Origin: Paraspadella gotoi
Lineage: Eukaryota; Animalia; Chaetognatha
Direction of reading: 5' to 3'
Length of the DNA stretch: 64,000 bases
Assembly: GCA_051294375.1 (NCBI GenBank)
Contig: CM119268.1
Location: 18,306,005-18,370,004, forward strand
Every line of letters starts with the position of its first letter. Position 1 is the stretch's first letter. Made by a program: the position numbers and the translations under genes. Of this stretch, positions 25,700 to 39,180 are shown one piece after another. The notes under the pieces were generated by a model. The model had not been told where the DNA came from. It saw only the letters and a list, made by a program, of their open reading frames with translations, and made no database searches.

Positions 25700-25800
25700 C
25701 CCGGCTCCTTTTTTTGAAATTCACACATTTCTTCCTGTTCGAAGTTCTCGGTTTTTTCCGAATTCATCTCGGGATTTTCTCTCTTCTGCATTTGAAATTT

Positions 25801-25854
<54 letters not shown>

Positions 25855-26379
25855 CTTTAGCTTTTTGAAAGCCTGGAAAGACTTAGCAAATTGGTTTTCC
25901 TTCTCATCCACGATTTTAATTCCTTATTCCATTTTCGCCGATTTTTTTGCCCTCAGCAAAAATTGAAGAAAGAAAATTAAAAAAAGAAAAATTCACTAAG
26001 TCTTAGTAACTATAATCTTAATTTGAAATATTAAATTAGTTTAGTGGATGAAAATTAATTTTCTACTTTTCGTTGTTCATGGTGTTGTTGTTTTCTTTTT
26101 AACGTAAAGAATTTTCGTCGTCATTGTTTTTCTTTTTAATCGACTTGTCAACAGATACATAAAATTGTCATTTAAAGGTTGTTACTTAAGTAACAGGAAA
26201 TATTCAATAGTTTCGTGATAGAATAAATTTATCAATTAAATGACAACGTATAAAATAATTGTAGTTAACATCGATAATAAAATCATAACTTACGAAATAA
26301 AAACGAAAACCAAAATTTGGTCAGAGATTTTTTTAAGACGTAATTCCCAAAAACTAAATTGAGGTAATTTTTCTTCTCT

Positions 26380-26439
<60 letters not shown>

Positions 26440-27016
26440 ACCTGCCCCATCCTTCATTCACTTCCGAGGTTTTAAATTTGAAATACGTCCATATTTTTTT
26501 CCCTTTTTAATCCCAAGAGGGAAATTTTGAAGCTGCGGTGGAGAAATCGGTTTTTCTCTCCGAAAAGCTTGTATAAATCCAGGGACAGACAAACGGCCAA
26601 AAAGACAGAGAGACGGGACAGCGAGATTGGAAGACGGGGACAGTGAGTGCCGCAAAATATTTTTTTTTTTAGAATCTCGAATTAAACAAAATTCATTTTA
26701 AGTTTAAATGGAATAACAGTAAAAGTGAGCGAGTGGACCGAAAAGAGGGAGAGCGAGTCAGAGAGCTAGACTGAGAGAAATCAAGAGAGCGAGGCTTTGA
26801 GATTTATATACCCCTAGAGCGAGGCCAAGAGCGAGTGAGCGAGAGCAAAGCCCTGGATAGCACCCGTTGTTATGATTGCTTGAGCAGAAAATCAATTTCC
26901 TCCCAACGAAAACAAAAGCTTCAAAAAAGTTGAGAGAAAAAAACTCGAGAGATTTTTATGAGAAAAGAGGAAAATTGCTTCTGTCCGGAGAGAAAAGGGA
27001 GAGAAGATAAAAGGGC

Positions 27017-27094
<78 letters not shown>

Positions 27095-28644
27095 GGAAGA
27101 AATGACCTTTAACGCTCGAAAACATTTTTTCTCCTTTGAGGAGGAATTCCGCCAACGGTAAATGGGGTCATGGAACCGAATAATTGGGCAGCGATTGAAA
27201 AACAGGATTTTCCATCAAAATCTTCATTCAAAATCATGATATGTATGTATGTTGTGGTTATTATCGCACATCTTAAAACTACAACTATAAGTTCAGAATT
27301 AGTGTGATTAGGAAAAATTGTCATTCAAATCAACTTGAAAATAGGCTAAAATGAAGTACAGATTCAAAAAGCTGAGCTCCTGGCGATTCCAAAAATGTAT
27401 TCACTTTAAACATTTGATTCATTCACCGCCATTTTATATCGGTTTTAATTATAATATAAAATAAAAGAAACCTATCCGAAGAGTTGCAGGTCAAACGAAA
27501 AGGCCTAATCAATCTGATATTTTTTATGAATTTTTTATTAGTGAATTAGAAAAATATAATAGAGACATTTCTAAATTTCAACTTGTATCCTTGAAAATGA
27601 AACGTTTTTAAACTTTAACTCTGAATTCTTTCTAACTGGAACACGTTTATCGAAATGACTCTATTACATTTTTACAAATGTTTTTAAGATTGCTAATCAA
27701 ATTTTTAAATCAATACTATTGCAATTGTTTAGGGTGCAACTCTTTAGATTCAGTGTGGATCGAATTTCTTTACTGTCTATTTAACTAAAGATTTTGTTCA
27801 AGACTGGAAAACCAAATTTGCCTTTACCGTGTTTTAACTTCTTACCTAGAATTTTTTAACGACCAGATTGAAAAACAAATCTTTAAACAATGTGCTTACC
27901 CATTTAACTTGACAATTTTGTTATTTACTGATTTAAAAAAAATTTTTAAACATATTTACATATAAGTAAAACAATTTTTTTTGGTGATTACTGGTGATTA
28001 CGATGTATTTCTCGATGTATTAGCTTTAATAAATCAAAGATTACGCATTGTTAAGTTGAATGACCTTTCCTCTTAAAATGATTAAAGTGCTAATTTGTGC
28101 CATGAAGTAAAAATAAATTTGGTAAAACTAACCTTTATATTTATAAATTTTGATATGTTATTGAAAATAATTCTCTTTTTAGCAAGATTTTAAAACAAGT
28201 ATTTCGACAAATTTATATTAATTTCTGATAACTCTATAATTTTGTTAGCCAAAATTGAGAGTGTTTTCCTATGGTTTCATAATTACAAAGTGACATTAAA
28301 TAGCAACAATATGTTTTTTTACAATACCTTTAAACTATTACACCAAATTTTTTGGATCTTTTTAACTTTTAAAATTTAAGTCGCTTTTGTCACTTTTCGT
28401 CCCTAATTCCCGTTTTTTTCTTCTTTCTTCTTTTCAGTCGAAAAAACTCGTTAAATCGGGGAAAATCTTGCGCGGGATCTTTTTTCTTTTTCTTCCTCTT
28501 TTTGTGAACTCAATTCACTTTATCGACTAAGGAAGAAGAAAAAGAAAAAGGAGAAAAATAAAGGAAAAAGTAAGGAGGGAGGGAATAAAAGGAATCGAAG
28601 AAATATGAGAAAAAAGTCAGGCGTTGAGCGAAAAGAGAGAGATG

Positions 28645-28702
<58 letters not shown>

Positions 28703-28779
28703 AGATATAAATCCAACGGGGGAGCGATTAGAAAGAAAACTTTTGTTACCCTTTTTTTTCACAATTTATTTTCGGTTTT

Positions 28780-31700
28780 GAGTCGATCTGCTTTCAGCAG
28801 ATCCCGACTCTATAATAGACCTTGCCCAATATGAAAAGTTTTGAAATCAAAAAACGAGTATTGTGTAAAAGGTGCCCCATACATCATATGGAATTTTTTG
28901 AACATTTTTTTTCAAAAAAAAATTTACAGTAAAATGCTGGCAACTTTGAAAAAAATGAAAAAAATGAAAAAATGGACTTTTTGCTAAATATCTTCTAAAG
29001 AGCTTTATTGCTAGAGGGACGAAACCTAAACTATCTTGAGAGTGGAAAAAATTGACTATGTTACATACCTCGCATTATAAATTTAAGTTAGTTTTTACTA
29101 AGGAAAATTTTTTTAAAACCTATTGTTTTGGTCAATTTTTGATAAAATTTTTAAAAAATGATATTTTTAACAATGTTCGTAAAATATTTTGTAAAGAAAA
29201 TTGATGGCGAATTGAATAAAGAAATAATTGCCTTTGTTTTGCTGAAAGAATTTTTAAAAAAGGATTATCGGTTAAAGAGTTATAATTTTTTTAAATTTAA
29301 AAAAAAATCAGCTTTTCTTAATAATGTATTTTTATTTAATAGGTTTGAACTAAGCTAAAGGGAAAAGGGAATGCACTTTTTTCAGAGTAAATAAAAAAAT
29401 TAGTAAATTCTCATTTGACAATGGGTAACTTTAATATTTTGTCTCACCAGGTCATTAAAGTTTTTTTTAAATTTTTATCATTTTATAATGGATTATGACT
29501 TTTAAATAAGGTAGTTTTTTTCTTTTTTTTCTAATATAAAAGAAAAAGAAAAATTGACAAAAGCGATTAAATGCATTAAAAATTGATATAAAATGAGACA
29601 AGAGTAAAATTAATGAAAGTTAAAAAACTGAGAAAAGTTGCTTGCTGCTTGCCGGTCGAGAAAAAAAAGGTTTAGTGCCAAGAAAGAAAAACTAGTTATT
29701 CTATTTTTTTGTTATCTATTAATGATTTATAGTTAATTAATTAAGTCTATTGTAAATAGTTGATTTAGTTTTAAAATATAATTATTAATTCATCGTCTTT
29801 GATTTTTTATTCATTTCATATCTTGTATAGTTGATGAATTTATCAACAAGTCGGATTCTATTTCTTAGAAATTTATCAAGCAGAGCTTAATATATTTTTC
29901 CAAGTCTTTTACAACTTTTGGATTAAGTGCATAATATATTTAACACAATAATATATATTCAACTCAGTTCATGGAGAACTAGGCTTAACAAGGTTAATTT
30001 AGGAAAAAAATAGGCAATAACTAGTTTTTTTTCTTGGCACTCTAGATGGGGACTTTTTTTTCTCGCATCGCGTGTAAGCGGCGAGCGAAGCAACTCTTCT
30101 CTCAGTTGCTTGTTTTAGTCTGCATTTTATTATATTTTTAATCATTTAATGGCTTTTCGTCAATTTTTCTTTTTCTTTTATATAGAAAGAAAAAGCAAAA
30201 AAACTACCTAGTGTTTAAAAAGTCAAAATTCGATGTTATAAAATGATAGAAAATTTAAAAAAAGACTTTAATGACCTGGTGAGAGACAGTAATATTAACA
30301 GGTAGCGATGTACCACATTTGCTGTCAAATTCAGGAATTTACTTTCTTTTTTATTTAGCTCTGAAAAAGTGCATTCCCTTTTTCCCTTCTAGCTTAGTCT
30401 TCAACCTATTAATAAAAAATTATTATTAAGGAAAAGTGATTTTTTTAATTTAAAAAAATTATAGATACGCATTAACCGTATCTTTTTTAAAATTTCTTTC
30501 AGCAGAACAATGAATATTTCTTTACTTCAATTTCGCCACTACATTCTTTTTTAACAAAATACTGTTTCGAGGCAAACATTGTTTTAGAAATAGCCATGAT
30601 TATTTTCTATAATAACTCTTTATCTAAAACACTTGACCCTAAAATCTAATAGGTTTTTAAAAAAAAAAATCTTTCCTTAGTTAAAAAAACTAAGCCTTCA
30701 ATTTATTAATGCGTCATGGCGTACTGTAACCATAGTCTATTTTTCGTGCCACCTCTAGGCGAGAGGAATAGGTTTTAGGTTTCGTCCCTCTAGCTCAATC
30801 AAAAAGCTTTTAAACTGATAGTTTTATTCAAAAAAGCTCCATTTTTTACCATTTTTTTTAAATTTTTTTTCATATATGGCAAGGTCTACTCTATAATTTA
30901 TTTTGTCGGTCCGTCGGTCCCACTCCTAAATCTTGTCGGTAAATCATTTTTATCACATCAGAACATCATATTATGATAAATTAAGCCAAAAAAATTATTT
31001 CCGTCCATCCGTCCGTCTCATTCATTAAACTCCAATTACTCGTGATTGGATGGATGGATTGGAATGAAATTTTGACTTGAAATTTTGTATGCTGGCAGGA
31101 AAGTGTGTGATTGAGCTGGATATGAAGTTTCAATGGAATCATACGAGTGGAAATGAGTTTAAAAGGAAAAAACATAAGTTACATTAACTTAAATATTTTT
31201 ACAAATTTTAACCCATAAAAACTCAAATTAATCATATTTAGATAGAGAAATTGAGATGAAATTTGGTGTGTGGGTAAAAAAGTGTGTAATGAAGCTGGAA
31301 ATAAAGTTTTGATGGAATTGTGCTAGTGAAAATAAGTTAAATGGAAAAAATGTAAGTCACATTTACTTGAATATTGTTACTAATTTTAACCCATAATTAC
31401 TCAAATTATTCATAATTGAATGGATATAGGAAAGTGGGTAGGAAAGTGTGTGGTTGAGCAGAATATGAAGTTTCGATAGAATCGAAGAGTGGAAAGGAGT
31501 TTGCATGAAAAAAAACCAAAGTCAAATTGACTTGATTTTTTATTATTTATGCTTACTCATGAATGTTTTAATTAATAAATTAAAAATGATGCAATTTAAA
31601 AAAATGATGCAAGTTAAAAAAAATAGGCATATTGAAAAAATGATGCAAGTTGAAAGAATGATGCAAGTTATAAAAAGATGCAAGTTAAAAAAATTATGTG

Positions 31701-31870
31701 AGTTAAAAAATTATGCAAGTTAAAAAATTATGCATTTTAAAAAAATAGTGCAAGTTGAAAAATGATGCGAGTTGAAAATGATGCAAGTTGAAAAAATGAT
31801 ACAAATAAAAAAATTATGCAAGTTAAAAATATGGTGTGAGTTGAAAAAACGATGCCAGTTGAAAAAATTT
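28780..31870 (+). mobile_element. DINE-1/HINE (Helentron-associated)-like dispersed repeat, interrupted by the foldback element
   Basis: Hairpin GATCTGCT..AGCAGATC followed by CCGACTCTATAAT..TTGTCGGTCCGTCGGT and a (TCCG/TCTG)n tract. Related copies near 51730, 53260 and 56460 (minus); partial copies near 32000, 58545 and 62500. The family assignment is by analogy. Confidence 0.55.
28816..30888. mobile_element. Non-autonomous foldback DNA transposon, probably hAT superfamily
   Basis: Ends TAGACCTTGCC...GGCAAGGTCTA. Exact 8-bp TSD CTCTATAA at 28808-28815 and 30889-30896. Long internal inverted arms ~28945-29710 and ~30000-30865. No ORF. Confidence 0.82.
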
Positions 31871-32780
31871 GCATGTACATATTATTGGCGTAGCTCACGG
31901 TTTTATGTATGGTAGCAATGCGTTGTTCTGATCAGTTTAGAATCACAAATTGAAATAATTATCGTGATTTTCATCTGATTACTGATTACCGCTTTATTAT
32001 CGTAGCAGATCCGACATTGTTTGCTCAAACTTGTTTATTAACAAGAAAATTTATTCGCAAATAAAACTAAACGGTTTGCCTTAAAGTCATAACATGTAGT
32101 AGTAGAAAGATAAATTAAATAATTATTTTCATTATGTAGGGACAGTGCACAGACGAATAATATTTAATGTTTTGGCATATATTTTGTCTTATTTTTGAAG
32201 TCATAATTTTTTTTATTCTTTTATCCACTGATGTCAAATTAGAAAATATTATTTGTTTAAATGTTGATAACACCAGTTAGAAATTTCAGGTAGGTTAAGG
32301 TTAAGTTAAGTTAAAAAAAGTAAACACAGTTTAGCTTTCGTTTTCCTATAAAGATAAAGTATCGAAACGTCGGCGTCGATTCAAATAAAAATGATGCGAT
32401 GTAACGATAAGGCGCCCCGACCATCATTACCCGCCGCGTCGAAAGAGACTCATCAATCTTTGCCCAAAAGGTTGGCTTCTCTTACTCTTACCCTTTTCTT
32501 CCTTTTTCAAATTGATTCTCGTTCACCTCTTCTTTTCTTTACTTCCCTTTTTCCTTTATTTTCACTTTTTACTTTATTCAAATCCTCTCTTCCCTATGAC
32601 TCCTTTTCTCTCTCTCTGTCTCTCTCTTTTTCTCTCTCTCTCTCTTTCTCTCNNNNNNNNNNNNNNNNNNNNNNNNNCTCTCTCTCTCTTTTTTCAGCTC
32701 CAAATCCTCTTTTCGCTCCCCCGTGCGCCACGGCAGCGGCCCAATTTCCATTATTCTCTTTCATTTTCAGGTGAAGAGGA

Positions 32781-32845
<65 letters not shown>

Positions 32846-33159
32846 AGAGAGAGAGAGAGAGAAGAGAGAGATAGAGAGAAAGAAAGAGAGAGGAGAGAGA
32901 GAGAGATGAAAGAGAAAGAGAAGAAAGGTAGACTCGTAAAATTTCCCCAAATCATAAGGAAATCATAAAAAGAGTACACAATGAGTACCCAGTCGGTACG
33001 TAAGGAAAAAAAAATAAAAAATTTGGGAATGGTTGGGGCTACTTGGCAGGGGTTTAAAAGGGGGATTTGCTTTATTGCGTACTCGTTGCGTACTCGTTGC
33101 GTACTCGTTGTGTAAACATTTTGTACTCGTTAATATAAGATCAGTAAGCAAGGTTTAAG

Positions 33160-36100
33160 AAGTACACTATAGAGAGATTTTTTGGAGAGTAGCAGCCAGT
33201 ACGCAATCAGTACGCAAAGTGAAAAAAGTACACTATAGAGAGATTTTTTGGAGAGTACGCAGCCAGTACGCAATCAGTACGCAAAGTGAAAAAGTACACT
33301 ATAGAGAGATTTTTTGGAGAGTACGCAGCCAGTACGCAATCAGTACGCAAAGTGAAAAAAGTACACTATAGAGAGATTTTTTGGAGAGTTACGCAGCAGT
33401 ACGCAATCAGTACGCAAAGTGAAAAAAGTACACTATAGAGAGATTTTTTGGAGAGTACGCAGCCAGTACGCAATCAGTACGCAAAGTGAAAAAAGTACAT
33501 ATAGAGAGATTTTTTGGAGAGTACGCAGCCAGTACGCAATCAGTACGCAAAGTGAAAAAAGTACACTATAGAGAGATTTTTTGGAGAGTACGCAGCCAGT
33601 ACGCAATCAGTACGCAAAGTGAAAAAAGTACACTATAAGAGAGATTTTTTGGAGAGTACGCAGCCAGTACGCAATCAGTACGCAAAGTGAAAAAAGTACA
33701 CTATAGAGAGATTTTTTGGAGAGTACGCAGCCAGTACGCAATCAGTACGCAAAGTGAAAAAAGTACACTATAGAGAGATTTTTTGGGAGAGTACGCAGCC
33801 AGTACGCAATCAGTACGCAAAGTGAAAAAAGTACACTATAGAGAGATTTTTTGGAGAGTACGCAGCCAGTACGCAATCAGTACGCAAAGTGAAAAAAGTA
33901 CACTATAGAGAGATTTTGGAGAGTACGCAGCCAGTACGCCCAATCAGTACGCAAAGTGAAAAAAGTACACTATTAGAGAGATTTTTTGGAGAGTACGCAG
34001 CCAGTACGCAATCAGTACGCAGAAGTGAAAAAAAGCTACACTATAGAGAGATTTTTGGAGAGTACGCAGCCAGTACGCAATCAGTACGCAAAGTGAAAAA
34101 AGTACACTATAGAGAGATTTTTTTGGAGAGTACGCAGCCAGTACGCAATCAGTACGCAAAGTGAAAAAAGTACACTATAGAGAGATTTTTTGGAGAGTAC
34201 GCAGCCAGTACGCAATAACAGTACGCAAAGTGAAAAAAGTACACTATAGAGAGATTTTTTGGGAGAGTACGCAGCCAGTACGCAATCAGCTACGCAAAGT
34301 GAAAAAAGTACACTATAGAGAGATTTTTTGGAGAGTTACGCAGCCAGTACCGCAATCAGTACGCAAAGTGAAAAAAGTACACTATAGAGAGATTTTTTGG
34401 AGAGTACGCAGCCCAGTACGCAATCAGTACGCAAAGTGAAAAAAGGTACCACTATAGAGAGATTTTTTGGAGAGTACCGCAGCCAGTACGCAATCAGTAC
34501 GCAAAGCTGAAAAACAGAAGTACAACATAATGAGTAAGAGATTTTTGGAGATACGCAGCCAGTACGCACTATCAGTACGCAAAGTGAAAAAAGTACACTA
34601 TAGAGAGATTTTTGAGAGTACGCAGCCAGTACGCAATCAGTACGCAAAAGTGAAAAAAGTACACTATAGAGAGATTTTTGGGAGAGTACGCAGCCCAGTA
34701 CGCAATCAGTACGCAAAGTGAAAAAAGTACACTATAGAGAGATTTTTTGGAGAGTACGCAGCCAGTACGCAATCAGTACGCAAAGTGAAAAAAGTACACT
34801 ATAGAGAGATTTTTTGGAGAGTACGCAGCCAGTACGCACATAGTACGCAAAGTGAAAAAAGTACACTATAGAAGATTTTTTTGGAGAGTACGCAGCCAGT
34901 ACGCAATCAGTACGCAAAGTTGAAAAAAGTACACTATAGAGAGATTTTTTGGAGAGTACGCAGCCAGTACGCAATCAGTACGCAAAGTGAAAAAAGTACA
35001 CTATAGAGAGATTTTTTGGAGAGTACGGCAGCCAGTACGCAATCAGTACGCAAAGTGAAAAAAGTACACTATAGAGAGATTTTTTGGAGAGTACGCAGCC
35101 AGTACGCAATCAGTACGCAAAGTGAAAAATACACTATAGAGAGATTTTTGGAGAGTACGCAGCCAGTACGCAATCAGTACGCACAAGTGAAAAAAAGTAC
35201 ACTATAGAGAGATTTTTTGGAGAGTACGCAACGCATCAGTACCAGCTAAAATCTAGTACAGCAACGCCCAATAGTTTCGTGAAAAAAGTAACTATAGAGA
35301 GATTTTTGAAGAGTACGCAGCCAGTACGGCGAATCAGTACGCAAAGTGAAAAGTACACTATAGAGAGATTTTTGAGAGTACGCAGCAGTACGCAATCAGT
35401 ACGCAAAGTGAAATAAAGTACACTATAGAGAGATTTTTGGGAGTACGCAGCCAGTACGCAATCAGTACGCAAAAGTGAAAAAGTACACTATAGAGAGATT
35501 TTTTGGAGAGTACGCAGCAGTACGCAATCAGTACGCAAGTGAAAAAAGTTACACTATAGAGAGATTTTTGAGAGTACGCAGCCAGTACGCAATCAGTACG
35601 CAAAGTGAAAATAGTAAACACTATAGAGAGATTTTTTTGGAGAGTACGCAGCCAGTACGCAATCAGTACGCAAAAGGTGAAAAAAGTACACTATAGAGAG
35701 ATTTTTTGAGAGTACGCAGCCAGTACGCAATTCAGTACGCAAAGTGAAAAAAGTACACTATAGAGAGATTTTTTGGAGAGTACGCAGCAGTACGCCAATC
35801 AGTACGCAAAGTGAAAAAAGTACAGCTATAGAGAGAATTTTTGGAGAGTACGCAGCCATACGCAATCAGTAGCAAAGTGAAAAAAGTACACTATTAGAGA
35901 GATTTTTTGGAGAGTACGCAGCCAGTATCGCAATTCAGTACGCAAAGTGAAAAAAGTACACTATAGAGAGATTTTTTGGAGAGTACGCAGCCAGTACGCA
36001 ATCAGTACGCAAAGTGAATAAAGTACACTATAGAGAGATTTTTGGAGAGTACGCAGCCAGTACGCAATCAGTACGCAAAGTGAAAAAAGTACACTATAGA

Positions 36101-36313
36101 GAGATTTTTTTGGAGAGTACGCAGCCAGTACCGCAATCAGTACGCCAAAGTGAAAAAAAGTACACTATAGAGAGATTTTTTGGAGAGTACGCAGCAGTAC
36201 GCAATCAGTACGCAAAGTGAAAAAAGTACACTATAGAGAGATTTTTTGGAGAGTACGCGCCAGTACGCAATCCAGTACGCAAAGTGAAAAAAGTACACTA
36301 TAGAGAGATTTTT
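33160..36313. repeat. 67-bp tandem satellite, ~47 copies
   Basis: Unit gtgaaaaaagtacactatagagagattttttggagagtacgcagccagtacgcaatcagtacgcaaa, with three AGTACGCA subrepeats per unit. Confidence 0.97.
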
Positions 36314-36477
36314 AGAGCTTTTCCAGTCCATTTTAAAACTTTGAACAAAAAATTCATTTATAAAAAAAAAATTTTGGAATGGTTGGCTAGAAGGCAGGGG
36401 TTTAACAGGGGATTTAGATTTTCTGCGTACTCGTTGCGTACTCATTGCGTACTCGTTGCGTACTCATTAGAGCATTT

Positions 36478-37316
36478 CTAGGATTTGTGAATATAATTTT
36501 ACTAAATTTTTGGATTTGTGAATCATTAATTTTAGGATTTGTGATCATAATTTCGGATTTGTTAATCATATTTTAGGATTTGCGAATCATAATTTTTAGG
36601 ATTTGCGAAATCATAATTTAGGATTTGCGAATCATAAATTTAGGATTTGCGAATCATAAATTTAGGATTTGCGAATCATAAATTTAGGATTTGCAAATCA
36701 TAAATTTATGATTTGCAATCATAAATTTAGATTGTGCAAATCATAAATTTAGGATTTGCGAATCATAAATTAGGATTTGTGAATCAAATTAGGATTTGTG
36801 AATCAAATTTAGGATTTGTGAATCAAATTTAGGATTTGTGAATCAAATTTTGGATTTGTGAATCATAAATTTAGGATTTGTTAATCATAATTTTAAGATT
36901 TGTGAATCATAATTTTAGGATTTGTGAATCATAATTTTAGGATTTGTGAATCATAATTTTAGGATTTGTAATCATAATTTTTGGATTTGTAAATCATAAT
37001 TTTTGGATTGTGAATCATAAATTTAGGATTTGTGAATCATAATTTTAGGATTTGAATCATAATTTTAGGATTTGTGAATCATAATTTTAGGATTTGTAAA
37101 TCATAATTTTCGGATTGTAAATCATAATTTTCCGGAATTTGTGAATCATAATTTTCGGATTTGTGAATCATAATTTTCGGATTTGTGAATCATAATTTTC
37201 GGATTTGTGAATCATAATTTCGGATTTGTGAATCATAATTTCGGATTTGTGAATCATTAATTTTAGGATTTGCGTATCATAATTTTAGAATTTTGCGAAT
37301 CATAAATCTCGGATTG
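36478..37316. repeat. 22-bp minisatellite, ~38 copies
   Basis: Unit aggatttgtgaatcataatttt with variants. Confidence 0.95.
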
Positions 37317-39149
37317 TGTTATAGTAACAAGGATAAATATAAATAAAATAATAATATTCTTATCTATCAAAAAATATTCAGTTTTTATTAATTAATTTTT
37401 TTCTAAATTGTCAATCTGAATTTTGGTCATAGTTTACTATGATTCCATAATTCAGATTATCGTTCTTTTAATAAAATTCATAATTCTTAACCCAAAAAGA
37501 TTTCTGATATTTAATCTTGATAGAATAATTTCTTGATTTAAAGATCCTATTATCTCATTTTCTTTTTGCTAACCTAATCCTCTGAGACAGAAATCATAAA
37601 TCTGATAAATTTTAAATCATTTCTGACCACCTTTATAGTTTGTACAGATGTAAAGTTTGAATAAAGATTTTAAATATCTAAAATCAATTTCTAATCAACA
37701 TTTTACTTTCAAAAAGAAAAAATACATTCAAGATTTAAAGGCTTTATATTTTTTTAAAAAGAAAACATAGATTTAATATTTCCAGAAACATATACAAGTT
37801 GATGAAAACCACCTGTAGTACATCTCTTATATACAGTTAATTTTATTAAAATAGGATTGTTACATCTTGGCTATTTTTGATAATAATTAACTAAAGATGA
37901 AAACCGACACCACATATCGTCATTAGAAAAACAGCTAAAAAGCTGTATATGGATAAAAAAATTATCAATTTCTTCAGAATCATTAAAAAAAATTTAAAAT
38001 CTATCCCCATTATTATCAGCAAATTCAGTCGATTTTTCAGCAGAAAATGTTTTGAAGATGGTGGTAAAACCATATTCACATGATTATAGTCTACTGCGTT
38101 TGAAGAATTGAATTAACTGACAAAAAAAAATCTTGTAATATACATCAAATGATTCAATGACTGAAAAATAATATAACACAAATTTTTAGCAAGCTTTGAA
38201 TCCTGATAGTTATTATTTAATTTAAATATTTTTGAATATTGAATTAGATTCAGTAATATTGAAGCAAAATATGATAAAAAGTTTGAAATAAAACAATTTA
38301 ATAAAATAAATAATTTAGCAATTTTCATAAAGAATATTATTATTTTGAAGAACTTTTCCAATAACAATAACAATTTAGAAAATATGATTATTATTATTAT
38401 ATATACATTAAACATTTTTACATGCTAGTAAAAAAAATACAAAATTAACTATATTAGTTACTATCACTAAATAGCTCCCTTAAAAATATGACTAATTTCA
38501 ATGACAAAGCTTTCCTTCATACACACGGCTTAAATCCTAACATGTGTCAGCGGAGACAAAAATAAGTTTACAAAATTACTAAAGCAATTTTACATCTAGC
38601 GAGAACACAAAATCCGTTATATCAAACTATAAACAGGGTCTTCGAGATATTTTTGAAAAAAATTTGGCCTGTAATACTTGAGAATGGTTAAATGTAGATT
38701 AAAACCGAAAACATTATAGAAACTTTATGATCTTAGTTTTCAATGGATGCCCAAAAAACTCAAAGATATTGCCGAAGTTAAAGACTTTTGTTGTTAAGAT
38801 ATGTACCAACTAAATGTAGCCATTAATAATGGAATTCGTAAGATCTTTGGCTGACATAGATGGGAAAGCCATCACCTTATAGAATGTTTTGGTTACCCTG
38901 ACATTTATCATACTTTTTTAAAAAAGTCATGAACGATTATACGAAAAATAATTTTTTATTTCCATGAAAATATAGAAATAATCTCGTCGATTAGTTTTCC
39001 TTCACGTTAAACCTTTTAATGTATAATATTATTTGTTTGGTTTATTATGTTGCTGATGTATGCGATTGTATCATTCGTGACAAGAATAAAATTCTCATTA
39101 ATAGAATAATGGAAATATGGACTTTTATACGCCGACACGTCAGTTTTAG

Positions 39150-39180
<31 letters not shown>

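Noticed and set aside
33160-36313. CRISPR-like array and its ORFs
   Set aside because: Head-to-tail near-identical units with no unique spacers, no cas genes and a eukaryotic context. The ORFs are satellite translations.
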